Virus record (IMG/VR): IMGVR_UViG_3300032312_001422
Span: 224,816-288,815 of that record
Source of the DNA: a virus
Lineage: Duplodnaviria > Caudoviricetes
Direction: 5' to 3' (one strand)
Length of the DNA stretch: 64,000 nt
This document shows, in pieces, positions 46,871 to 55,009 of the stretch. How positions within the stretch are numbered: the stretch's first letter is position 1; every line of letters begins with the position of its first letter. The notes under the pieces were generated by a model. It saw only the letters and a list, made by a program, of their open reading frames with translations, ran no database searches and was not told the DNA's origin. Both the position numbers and the translations under genes were made by a program.

Positions 46871-47545
46871 ATGCCAACACAAGTACAATTTAGACGCGGA
46901 TCGCAGGGGCAAAACTCCATATATACCGGCGCTGCCGGAGAAATTACAATCAACGAAGATCAAGGTACCATCCATGTACATAATGGCAGCACACCTGGCG
47001 GAAACGTATTGGCTACAACCACAACTGTTCAAACATTGACAAATAAAACTCTTGGCGGTAACACATCAATCAGTGGCAATCTTATTCCCACAGCTAATTT
47101 AACCAGTAACCTAGGTTCTACAACTTTTTGGTATAATACGTTTTTTGGTGTTTCAAGTCAGGCAAGATATGCAGACTTGGCAGAAAAATATGCTTCCGAT
47201 GGAGATTACTCAGAAGGCACAGTTGTTGTGTTTGGCGGATCCAAAGAAGTCACAATCAGTACCAAAGATCATGATTCGGCAGTGGCTGGCGTAATATCAA
47301 CCAAACCTGCATATCTAATGAATGCTCACACCGATGGCGCCATTATTGCACTGACTGGTCGCGTACCATGTACAGTAAAAGGCCCTGTAAATCTTGGAGA
47401 TGTTCTAGTAACCAGCAATTACCCAGGTGTTGCACAACGCATTGATAACACAAAGTTTGTTCCAGGGTGTGTTATAGGAAAAGCTCTAGAAACAATTACC
47501 AGTGATGAAGTTGTTACCATTGAGGTAGTAGTTGGAAAACACTAA
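46871..47545 (+). CDS. short fibre protein: Mtd-like N-terminus plus YADLAE chaperone-like C-terminus
   Basis: VQFRRGSQGQN...GEITINEDQGTIHVHNG; QARYADLAEKY...IALTGRVPC; GATAAATA at 46841-46848. Confidence 0.7.
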   Translation: MPTQVQFRRGSQGQNSIYTGAAGEITINEDQGTIHVHNGSTPGGNVLATTTTVQTLTNKTLGGNTSISGNLIPTANLTSNLGSTTFWYNTFFGVSSQARYADLAEKYASDGDYSEGTVVVFGGSKEVTISTKDHDSAVAGVISTKPAYLMNAHTDGAIIALTGRVPCTVKGPVNLGDVLVTSNYPGVAQRIDNTKFVPGCVIGKALETITSDEVVTIEVVVGKH

Positions 47546-48228
47546 TGCAAATTATAAAAAAACTTCATCGTAGTAACTACGCCGGTGAAAGTATTGTTAC
47601 CGAACTAGTGCTTGGCAACAACGAATGGCAACCCAGCACAGAATATATTGCCAACAGCGTGTTCAATTCGTTTACAACAACACAAGCCATTGCCATCGGC
47701 AACGGTCCTAGCCGTCAAGATTTTGATTTGACACACATCGCCAATCACAGAGGCGGCATATTGGCCAGAGACAAGTTACAAAGCTATGCTTGTAATTTGA
47801 TCTATCAAGAGTTTACTCCAGACTTTTTAGTTGCAGTTGACGCAGAAAAAGTTAAAATTATTGCAGAGTCTGGTTATTGCGACGATCATATTGTGTACAC
47901 CAATGCTCAATACATTGTACAGTACCCAGGTAAGTTTTATTTAACTCCACAAAATCCAACCTATGATGCTGGAGCTCTAGCTGCATATTTGGCCTGCTTT
48001 GATGGACACAAAAAAGTTTATTTAATGGGCTATGATGGTTACACCAATGCAAACGAAGATACTTTTTACGTAAAAACACTATCAACTGTTATGGATGTTT
48101 ATTCTGATGTAGAATTTGTACGTATAATGCTGTCAGCTGCTGCAGATTGTTCGGACGCTCTTATTAATAAATTAAATTTTAGACAGATCAGTTTCCGTGA
48201 TTTTGTACTTGAAGCAGATATTGGTTAA
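47545..48228 (+). CDS. DUF115/MptE-like (Maf/sialyltransferase-like fold) protein
   Basis: AIAIGNGPSR, YACN, PDFLVAVD, AGALAAYLA...KKVYLMGYD pattern. Confidence 0.45.
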   Translation: MQIIKKLHRSNYAGESIVTELVLGNNEWQPSTEYIANSVFNSFTTTQAIAIGNGPSRQDFDLTHIANHRGGILARDKLQSYACNLIYQEFTPDFLVAVDAEKVKIIAESGYCDDHIVYTNAQYIVQYPGKFYLTPQNPTYDAGALAAYLACFDGHKKVYLMGYDGYTNANEDTFYVKTLSTVMDVYSDVEFVRIMLSAAADCSDALINKLNFRQISFRDFVLEADIG

Positions 48229-48229
48229 T

Positions 48230-48658
48230 TTATTTTAGTATTGATTCTAAAGTTTTAATTTTTTTCTTAACAATATCAAAATTGAAACTGCGCCATAAGC
48301 CCGGATGCAACGGCATTGGGTGATCATTTAATTCAACCCAACAATAGCCACGATGCTCGTCATTCAAACGTGGTACAAACTCTTCTTCCACACTAACCAC
48401 AAATGTATAGTAAACAAATCTTCGATTGTCTGCGGTAAAAGTTTCTAAGGGAATAAATTTACGAGCAGAATAGTCAACACCAATTTCTTCTTGAATTTCT
48501 CTAACCAGTCCGTGTATAACAGTTTCACCTGTTTCAATTTTTCCGCCCACAATACCCCATGAGCCAGCATGTCGACTTTTGTTTCTTAACAAAAACAAAT
48601 AACGATTAGAGGATCGAGCGTAAATTAAAGCACCAACGCCCTCGGTGTGTGCAGACAT
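48230..48658 (-). CDS. NUDIX hydrolase
   Basis: Nudix box GGKIETGETVIHGLVREIQEEIG; start trimmed to MSAHTEG coupled (TAATG) to the gp15-like stop. Confidence 0.9.
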   Translation of the reverse strand: MSAHTEGVGALIYARSSNRYLFLLRNKSRHAGSWGIVGGKIETGETVIHGLVREIQEEIGVDYSARKFIPLETFTADNRRFVYYTFVVSVEEEFVPRLNDEHRGYCWVELNDHPMPLHPGLWRSFNFDIVKKKIKTLESILK

Positions 48659-50034
48659 TACAGTACCAAACTCCATTCTCCGGATCCGTACAAGCCCTCA
48701 TAACTCTTGACCCATTCTGATCCAGTCCAACGATATTGCACGGTAGTAGTTAGATTAGATACGTATTGTACGGCAGGTTCTCTACTGTCAAATGCCACGG
48801 TCCAATATGAGCCATTCCATTCAATGATGTCGTTGGCTCGAGCAACCAAATTAGTACCCGGTGCACCGGCCCATGCTACCGGGCTTTCTGTGCCAATGTC
48901 ACCAATTGAATTCAATATCAAGTATCTAGTACCTGCAGCAGGACTCAATATGTTGTTGCCTACAGCGACATTGCGTGGGTCAATGATGGCATCAACTGCA
49001 TCCAAGGTATTGGCCGGTAATGTGGCTTCAAACGGAGTAAACAACAACTGTGTTTCATCTGTGGGACTAAATGCAACAGTACCAGCAATTTCATGCGGCC
49101 CGTCTGGGTAAGCAAATGTCAAACGCACTTCACTGATACCATTGGTCAGCTTGCCGTACAGGTTAACTATGTTTGCCCAACGCACCTTGGTACCATATAC
49201 TACACCGTCTTCTGCTTCGGTAGCATTGTTTTTGTACAAGGTCAATGTATTACCCACATAGACCAATTCATAATTCATTGGAGTAAATCTCTGTTGACTC
49301 ATTAGACCCTGTGTTGCAAACACTACTTCGGGACTTAAATCGCCTTGTGCGTCGTATATGCTGGCAATAATTTGTGCAACAACACCCATCTTCTTGACTT
49401 TGGCAGGCAAACTGAGCCAGATGGGCATTTCAAATGTGAGTGTGGCTACATCAATGCTTTCATCGCCGGCTTGCGGCACAGTCCTACTAGAGTACTGTAC
49501 GTCGGTCAATAACACAACGCTTAGACTAGACCAGTCTACATAGTTGTCTGTGCTTTGTATTTCTAGTCCAGGGTTGAACAGGGGCATCATTTGTTCAATC
49601 ATCTGATGCTTTTGTTCTGTGTTACTGGTCCATATGTCCAACTTCATAGTTAGTTTATATGGTGCTGGCATTAGTCGTTCTACTGTGTAAATGCCATCTT
49701 GACTTTGTTCGTATTCCTGGTCTATATCGTTGTAGGTACGTTCTCTAATTCTAACCACACCTTCGTAGTAAGGATTTTGTAATCTTGTCTGATCATAAGT
49801 TAACCCACTAATATAACAGGCCATAGCTGGTACAGCATTAAGTGTGTTTTCACTGTTGCCACGCAAGATCATTGCTGCCTGGCGACTGATGTCTCCATAG
49901 TATACAGGTACAGTTTGTAAGGTACGATCACCGTTGGCATTTTTTCCAAACTCTACTTGAAAGTTTGATACCATGCGTACAAACTGCATAACAAATCTAC
50001 GAATCTGGCCATCATAGGCAAATTGAACTGGCAT
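48658..50034 (-). CDS. gp15: tail sheath stabiliser/terminator gp15-like with C-terminal extension
   Basis: YDGQIRRFVMQF, VPVYYGD, ERLMPAPYKLTMKLDIWTSNTEQKHQMIEQMMPLFNP, ATLTFEMPIWL. Confidence 0.8.
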   Translation of the reverse strand: MPVQFAYDGQIRRFVMQFVRMVSNFQVEFGKNANGDRTLQTVPVYYGDISRQAAMILRGNSENTLNAVPAMACYISGLTYDQTRLQNPYYEGVVRIRERTYNDIDQEYEQSQDGIYTVERLMPAPYKLTMKLDIWTSNTEQKHQMIEQMMPLFNPGLEIQSTDNYVDWSSLSVVLLTDVQYSSRTVPQAGDESIDVATLTFEMPIWLSLPAKVKKMGVVAQIIASIYDAQGDLSPEVVFATQGLMSQQRFTPMNYELVYVGNTLTLYKNNATEAEDGVVYGTKVRWANIVNLYGKLTNGISEVRLTFAYPDGPHEIAGTVAFSPTDETQLLFTPFEATLPANTLDAVDAIIDPRNVAVGNNILSPAAGTRYLILNSIGDIGTESPVAWAGAPGTNLVARANDIIEWNGSYWTVAFDSREPAVQYVSNLTTTVQYRWTGSEWVKSYEGLYGSGEWSLVL

Positions 50035-51404
50035 TAATTATCTGCTTTCGGTGTTAGTACACGACTCAGTGGTTGACGTTCGTTGTGCGTCACGCCGTCA
50101 GCGTCTGTGTAGGTGTTAGTATTATTTACATAACTACCACGTTGTGTCTTATTATCTGTTCCCGGAGTTAGTGCAGTTCTCACACTATCTTCTACTCGAG
50201 CCCAATGACGTCCGCTATAGCGGAACAAACGATTTGGCAAGTAATCCAAACGCAAGAAATATTCTCCCTCGGTTGGATTGGCAGGAAACGCAACTCCAGC
50301 ACCAGTAGACAGGCCGTTTGGAGCAACACCATCACCAGTCAAGTAACCAGATACCTTGCGTAACGGACTTGACACACCAGAGTCCGCAGTGGGACTGGTG
50401 TTACCAGAGTTGATACTGGCATTGTCAGCAGTGATAGGAGCACCGATTGGATCATTCTCACGTGCAGTAGTGGGCAAAGTATAAATTGGGCTGGTGTCGT
50501 AACCACTTTTGGGCACGTCAATTTCTGCCTGAGTAATGATGCTAGAATTAATATCCAAGAACTTGTTGTAGGTACTTAGAATTTGTCCCACTGGTGTGGC
50601 GGTGGTATCGCTGGCTGCAATATTATTCAATATATCTTTGTACTCTTGACTGTCTACCAGCGGATTAAGTTTAACTCTCCACAGGTGCGGCCACCAAGTT
50701 GGTGTAAAACCTTCGGCAGCAAAACTGGCGTCTCCTACCACATAGTAGCGTTTTAATGCCGCAGGCAAATCGCCATCTAAGGCGTCGTAATCTTTTAAAT
50801 GCTGTAACTCTAACACATCGCCGGCAATTAACTTACGACCAATTTGATCAACCATGTCACGCAGATGAAACACCATGAAGATAGTGCCAGTTTGTAAGAA
50901 CAGGCCAAATTGACTTAGATCAAAGTCTTGATCAGCACGTTGGTAAATACCACGCATTTTGTAAACATCACGATCATACTTGCGATCACGATTTTCTAAC
51001 CATAGCAGGTCTTGTATGTTTTGTTCACTCTGGTTGGCATAACTGGGTTTGGTAGCATCTGGACCAAATCCAATAGTTGTTCCACTGGCCACAACAGATG
51101 TGGTCAACTTGTTTAGTGTTACAGTGGTTGCAGTTTTGCTGGCTACCTGTGCTCCACTAGGAATACCAGGACCAAACGCAAAATCATCAACATTGATTCC
51201 TGTGGTGTTAGAAAAACTTAAATTGAAACTTACAGATACTTGTGCGGCACTGGTGGCTTTGTTGGTGCCCTGAGTATTTACACCCAAATATTTGTTGACC
51301 AGGATTCCGGTACCACCAATGGTAAACATTTCGGATATGCGTCTATCCATAAACTTGTAATCATTTGAGTGTTTACCATCTTGCCAAAGGCTTAAACGTG
51401 CCAT
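50034..51404 (-). CDS. gp14: neck protein gp14-like with inserted domains
   Basis: IQDLLWLENRDRKYD, DFDLSQFGLF, GRKLIAGDVLEL, HLWRVKLNP. Confidence 0.75.
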   Translation of the reverse strand: MARLSLWQDGKHSNDYKFMDRRISEMFTIGGTGILVNKYLGVNTQGTNKATSAAQVSVSFNLSFSNTTGINVDDFAFGPGIPSGAQVASKTATTVTLNKLTTSVVASGTTIGFGPDATKPSYANQSEQNIQDLLWLENRDRKYDRDVYKMRGIYQRADQDFDLSQFGLFLQTGTIFMVFHLRDMVDQIGRKLIAGDVLELQHLKDYDALDGDLPAALKRYYVVGDASFAAEGFTPTWWPHLWRVKLNPLVDSQEYKDILNNIAASDTTATPVGQILSTYNKFLDINSSIITQAEIDVPKSGYDTSPIYTLPTTARENDPIGAPITADNASINSGNTSPTADSGVSSPLRKVSGYLTGDGVAPNGLSTGAGVAFPANPTEGEYFLRLDYLPNRLFRYSGRHWARVEDSVRTALTPGTDNKTQRGSYVNNTNTYTDADGVTHNERQPLSRVLTPKADN

Positions 51405-51425
51405 AGTGAATCCTGTTAATTGTAG

Positions 51426-51467
51426 TATTTATCGCGGGTTGACCCATAAATCCTTTTAATGTATAAT
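51426..51467. promoter_or_regulatory. back-to-back late promoter (-) and sigma70-type promoter (+)
   Basis: GATAAATA on minus at 51433-51426; TTGACC (51439-51444), 17 nt, TATAAT (51462-51467) on plus. Confidence 0.7.
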
Positions 51468-51473
51468 GTTGTT

Positions 51474-51725
51474 ATGGACCCGGATATTAAGTATCGTTTG
51501 GATCAGGCATTTTTTACCATAGTCAAGTTGCCTGGATATCAGGCCGCGGATTTGAAAAAGATCTGGAAGAATTGCCACGACATACAGCGTGAAATAAGTA
51601 AAGAAGAAATTAATTGTCGCAAAGTAGGAAAAAATACTGTACAATACAAAGAACTTAATGATAAATTATTAGAAACATTGGTAACATTGGAACAGTATAT
51701 TGTTCTGGCTACACTATTAAACTAA
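51474..51725 (+). CDS. hypothetical protein (83 aa)
   Basis: start trimmed to MDPDIK because the track start overlaps the -10 box. Confidence 0.7.
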   Translation: MDPDIKYRLDQAFFTIVKLPGYQAADLKKIWKNCHDIQREISKEEINCRKVGKNTVQYKELNDKLLETLVTLEQYIVLATLLN

Positions 51726-51734
51726 GGATTCACT

Positions 51735-52916
51735 ATGGCAAATATTAAAATTAACGGTAAAGCAAGTAAAACTAGAAAAGTAGCACCACGCAACAGTTTG
51801 TTACTGGATGAAAAGTACATAGGCGAAGAGCCCAAATGGGATACTGAACGTGCCAAGTCCATGTCGTTTGAAGAGTTTGATCACTTTATGCGTAAGAGCT
51901 TGACCTATTACAATTACTTCTACACTCAAAAGGATTTAAAAAAGCACGTGGTGGCCTGGATGAAGGCAGTCAAGGACTTTGATGCCAACGAAATCCGAGC
52001 ATTTGAACGTGCTGGTGATCGTACAGTAAGCATGACCACATGCGGACTTATCATGGCACATCGGCAAGGTATGCCCTTACAGGAACGACACATTGAGTTC
52101 ATTGATGCCAACATCCTTGAAAGCATCAACAGTAAAAGTGCAGAAGAAGTTGTTGAAGTTGCAGTAGAAGAAAAATCCCGAGCCTATGTTCCTACTATCC
52201 AGGACAGACTAAACGAAAAAACAGCCGACACCATTGGCGAACTAGAAGGACACTACGATGAATTTGTTACAAATCCTAAATACGACTTTAGTCCTTACAG
52301 CTATCTTGTGGCTAACAATGTCCCTCAGTCTCAGTTAAGCAAGTACGAAGCAGTATATCAAGCTAGATTTGATGAATTGAAGCTGGCATTCAGCAAAGAA
52401 GATGAGCAACTAACTGAAGGTTACAGTCACTATAAGACAGCAGACTATAAACGTATCTTTGCTTTTATTGATCAAATCCTAAACGATATCATTCAATATC
52501 GTGGAGTTAAAAAAGCCACCAAGAAAGTTCGTGCTCCTAAATCAGTAAGCAAGGAAAAAGTAGTCAGCAAGCTCAAGTATGCCAAGGAAGATAAAGTAAT
52601 GCGACTGATCAGTGTCAATCCAGCTGACATCATTGGTGCACAAGAGCTATGGGTTTACAACACCAAAACTCGCAAGCTGGGCAAGTATATAGCTGACACA
52701 TTAAAAGGGCCTCTGAATGTCAAAGGAACCGGCATTATTGGCTACGATGAGCACCGTTCTACATCAAAAACACTCCGTAAACCCGACGAAAAGCTCAAAG
52801 AGTTTGCCAAAGCCACCAAGGTAGAGTTGCGTAAGTTCTTAGACAATATCAAAGCCACAGAAACCAAACTCAACGGACGTATCAATCTAGAAACCATACT
52901 ACTTCGTGTACAGTAA
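51735..52916 (+). CDS. hypothetical protein (393 aa)
   Basis: AAGGA RBS; C-terminal GAQELWVYNTKTRKLGKY...KTLRKP domain; function not recognised. Confidence 0.75.
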   Translation: MANIKINGKASKTRKVAPRNSLLLDEKYIGEEPKWDTERAKSMSFEEFDHFMRKSLTYYNYFYTQKDLKKHVVAWMKAVKDFDANEIRAFERAGDRTVSMTTCGLIMAHRQGMPLQERHIEFIDANILESINSKSAEEVVEVAVEEKSRAYVPTIQDRLNEKTADTIGELEGHYDEFVTNPKYDFSPYSYLVANNVPQSQLSKYEAVYQARFDELKLAFSKEDEQLTEGYSHYKTADYKRIFAFIDQILNDIIQYRGVKKATKKVRAPKSVSKEKVVSKLKYAKEDKVMRLISVNPADIIGAQELWVYNTKTRKLGKYIADTLKGPLNVKGTGIIGYDEHRSTSKTLRKPDEKLKEFAKATKVELRKFLDNIKATETKLNGRINLETILLRVQ

Positions 52917-52941
52917 TAAATACTGTATAACGGAGTAATCA

Positions 52942-53898
52942 ATGGCCACACCATTTGCAGGTAACCTAACAGCCGAAACAGGCTACGATGCCAAAAACAA
53001 CATAGATACAGCCAGCCTGTTTGTTGCCAACACGGGTACTCAATCCGGCGCACACATTGCCTTTCCAGGAAGTGCTACTGTAAGTCAAAGCGGCATTACA
53101 GACCCTAACTGGGAATACGGCAGTACCACCAATAGCTTACGAGCCGCAATCACAGACTATGTTCGTATGCGTCTAGGTGACGGCATTGTTGACGTTGAGT
53201 TGGAAAAAGAACACTATGAAATGGGCATCACACAGGCCTTGATCAAGTATCGTCAAAAAGCACAAAATAGTGTAGAAGAAAGCTATTGCTTTTTACAACT
53301 CATGCCCGAAACGCAAGAGTATATTCTACCCAAAGAAATTCAAACAATCCGTGCCGTTTATCGCCGCGGCATCGGTAGCGTTACTGGTACAAGTGCCAGT
53401 CAGTTTGAGCCATTTGCGTCTGGGTACCTAAACACATACATGCTGGTTGCTGGGCGTGTTGGTGGACTAGTCAACTACGAAATGTTTGCCAGCTATCAAA
53501 AGTTGGCCATGACCATGTTTGGTGGTTTTATAAATTACACATTTAACCCTACAACTAAAAAATTAACCCTGGTGCGTAAAATGCCAACTCAAGGCAACAA
53601 TCCCCCAATGGAAGAACAAGAATCGGTACTGCTTTGGATGTACAATACCAAGCCGGATCAAATGATTCTCAATGATACCTATGCTTTTCCCTGGATCCAA
53701 GAGTACGCCTACAGTTTCTGCAAGCGTATTTTAGGAGAAGCACGTAGTAAATTTAGCCAAATTGCAGGACCACAAGGCGGAGCAAGTCTAAATGGTGATG
53801 CTCTCAAACAAGAAGCCTTGGCCGAAATGGAAAAATTAGAAGAAGAGTTAAAAACCTACGTGGATGGAAGTCAGCCCTTGACTTGGGTAACCGGCTAA
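52942..53898 (+). CDS. gp13: neck protein gp13-like
   Basis: ITDYVRMRLGDGIVDVELEKEHY, WIQEYAYSFCKRILGEARSKF...GGASLNGD; AATAAATA at 52915-52922. Confidence 0.85.
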   Translation: MATPFAGNLTAETGYDAKNNIDTASLFVANTGTQSGAHIAFPGSATVSQSGITDPNWEYGSTTNSLRAAITDYVRMRLGDGIVDVELEKEHYEMGITQALIKYRQKAQNSVEESYCFLQLMPETQEYILPKEIQTIRAVYRRGIGSVTGTSASQFEPFASGYLNTYMLVAGRVGGLVNYEMFASYQKLAMTMFGGFINYTFNPTTKKLTLVRKMPTQGNNPPMEEQESVLLWMYNTKPDQMILNDTYAFPWIQEYAYSFCKRILGEARSKFSQIAGPQGGASLNGDALKQEALAEMEKLEEELKTYVDGSQPLTWVTG

Positions 53899-53899
53899 C

Positions 53900-53954
53900 T
53901 TGACACACTAGGATGAAACATGTTACAATGCTCCTATAACACGGAGCATTTTTT
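53900..53954 (+). promoter_or_regulatory. sigma70-type promoter overlapping an RBS-containing hairpin
   Basis: TTGACA (53900-53905), TGnTACAAT (53921-53929); ATGCTCC/GGAGCAT stem (53928-53949) followed by T run. Confidence 0.7.
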
Positions 53955-54596
53955 ATGATCATTGGCGTATGCGGTTTTATTGGGTCAGGCAAAGATACTA
54001 TTGCTGACTATTTGGTTGGGTTTCACGGATATCGTAGAGACAGCTTTGCTGGCACACTCAAAGACGCTGTAGCGGCTGTGTTTGGGTGGGACCGAGAGTT
54101 ACTGGAAGGTCGTACACCAGAAGCCCGTGCCTGGAGAGAACAAGTAGATGCTTGGTGGGCAAAGCGGTTAAATATGCCTAATTTAACCCCACGTTGGGTA
54201 TTACAGTATTGGGGCACTGAAGTTTGCCGTCGAGCATTTCATGACGATATTTGGATTGCTGCATTGGAAGCACGTCTAAGTCGCCGTAGCGATAATACTG
54301 TTATCAGCGATGTGCGTTTCCCTAACGAAATCACAAGCATTCGTAACGCTGGCGGCAAAATTGTCTGGGTCAAGCGTGGTATACTACCATATTGGTACGA
54401 TGCAGCAGTGGCAGCCAATGATCAAGTGCATTCTGCCATGGCATACTTACAGGCACAGGGTGTACATGTCAGCGAAACTGCTTGGGTGGGTACTCGATTT
54501 GACTATGAAATTGATAACAATGGTACTATTGACGAGTTGTACACAAACATTAAAAATCTGGTATTAATGGAGCCTGCCGCCAAGGCATCCGACTAA
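53955..54596 (+). CDS. gp1: deoxynucleoside monophosphate kinase
   Basis: GVCGFIGSGKDT P-loop, SFAGTLKD, TPRWVLQYWGTEVCR, VISDVRFPNE, HVSE. Confidence 0.92.
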   Translation: MIIGVCGFIGSGKDTIADYLVGFHGYRRDSFAGTLKDAVAAVFGWDRELLEGRTPEARAWREQVDAWWAKRLNMPNLTPRWVLQYWGTEVCRRAFHDDIWIAALEARLSRRSDNTVISDVRFPNEITSIRNAGGKIVWVKRGILPYWYDAAVAANDQVHSAMAYLQAQGVHVSETAWVGTRFDYEIDNNGTIDELYTNIKNLVLMEPAAKASD

Positions 54597-54897
54597 CGGC
54601 CAATTCAATGGTACAATTGGCACAAACAGTTTTTAGATTAAATGCATTGGTGTTTTTTAAATTGCCATCAACATGATAAACAAACAACTGTTTTATATGT
54701 TTGGCTTTGAAGTTGCATAGTTCACAACGTTCTTTTTTCTTATAGCCACTCTGAGCCCAGGCCGGCGGCTTTGGCTTTAATTTTTTCCCTATACGTAAAC
54801 AAGCGTCGCATTGTCGGCGATAGTAGGTGTGCTCACCACGGTGGCAATTAACAGCCACTGGCCTGGCATTACATGTGGGGCATAATGGTCTGATCAT
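54550..54897 (-). CDS. Zn-finger/HNH-like protein
   Basis: CPTC, CDAC, CELC and YHVDGNLKNTNAFNLKTVCANC. Confidence 0.7.
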   Translation of the reverse strand: MIRPLCPTCNARPVAVNCHRGEHTYYRRQCDACLRIGKKLKPKPPAWAQSGYKKKERCELCNFKAKHIKQLFVYHVDGNLKNTNAFNLKTVCANCTIELAVSRMPWRQAPLIPDF

Positions 54898-54970
54898 ACT
54901 GTATTTAACCGCAAACGCATTAATAAACCTTAATTAAGGGCACCATTGTGCCCAAAAAATGCCACTTCTT

Positions 54971-54978
54971 AATAAATA
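54971..54978 (+). promoter_or_regulatory. late promoter-like AATAAATA for the sheath gene
   Basis: upstream of AAGGA RBS and ATG 55010. Confidence 0.65.
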
Positions 54979-55009
54979 ACTTTAACATGATATATAAAGG
55001 ATTATAACC

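Noticed and set aside
39120-46990. Diversity-generating retroelement (Mtd-like N-termini; 41/47-nt repeat at 39120 and 42179)
   Set aside because: No reverse transcriptase in the window; both repeat copies are inside coding modules and mismatches are mixed transitions, not adenine-specific
29025-47545. Invertible fibre cassette or shufflon
   Set aside because: All fibre genes are on one strand; no inverted repeats or recombinase were seen
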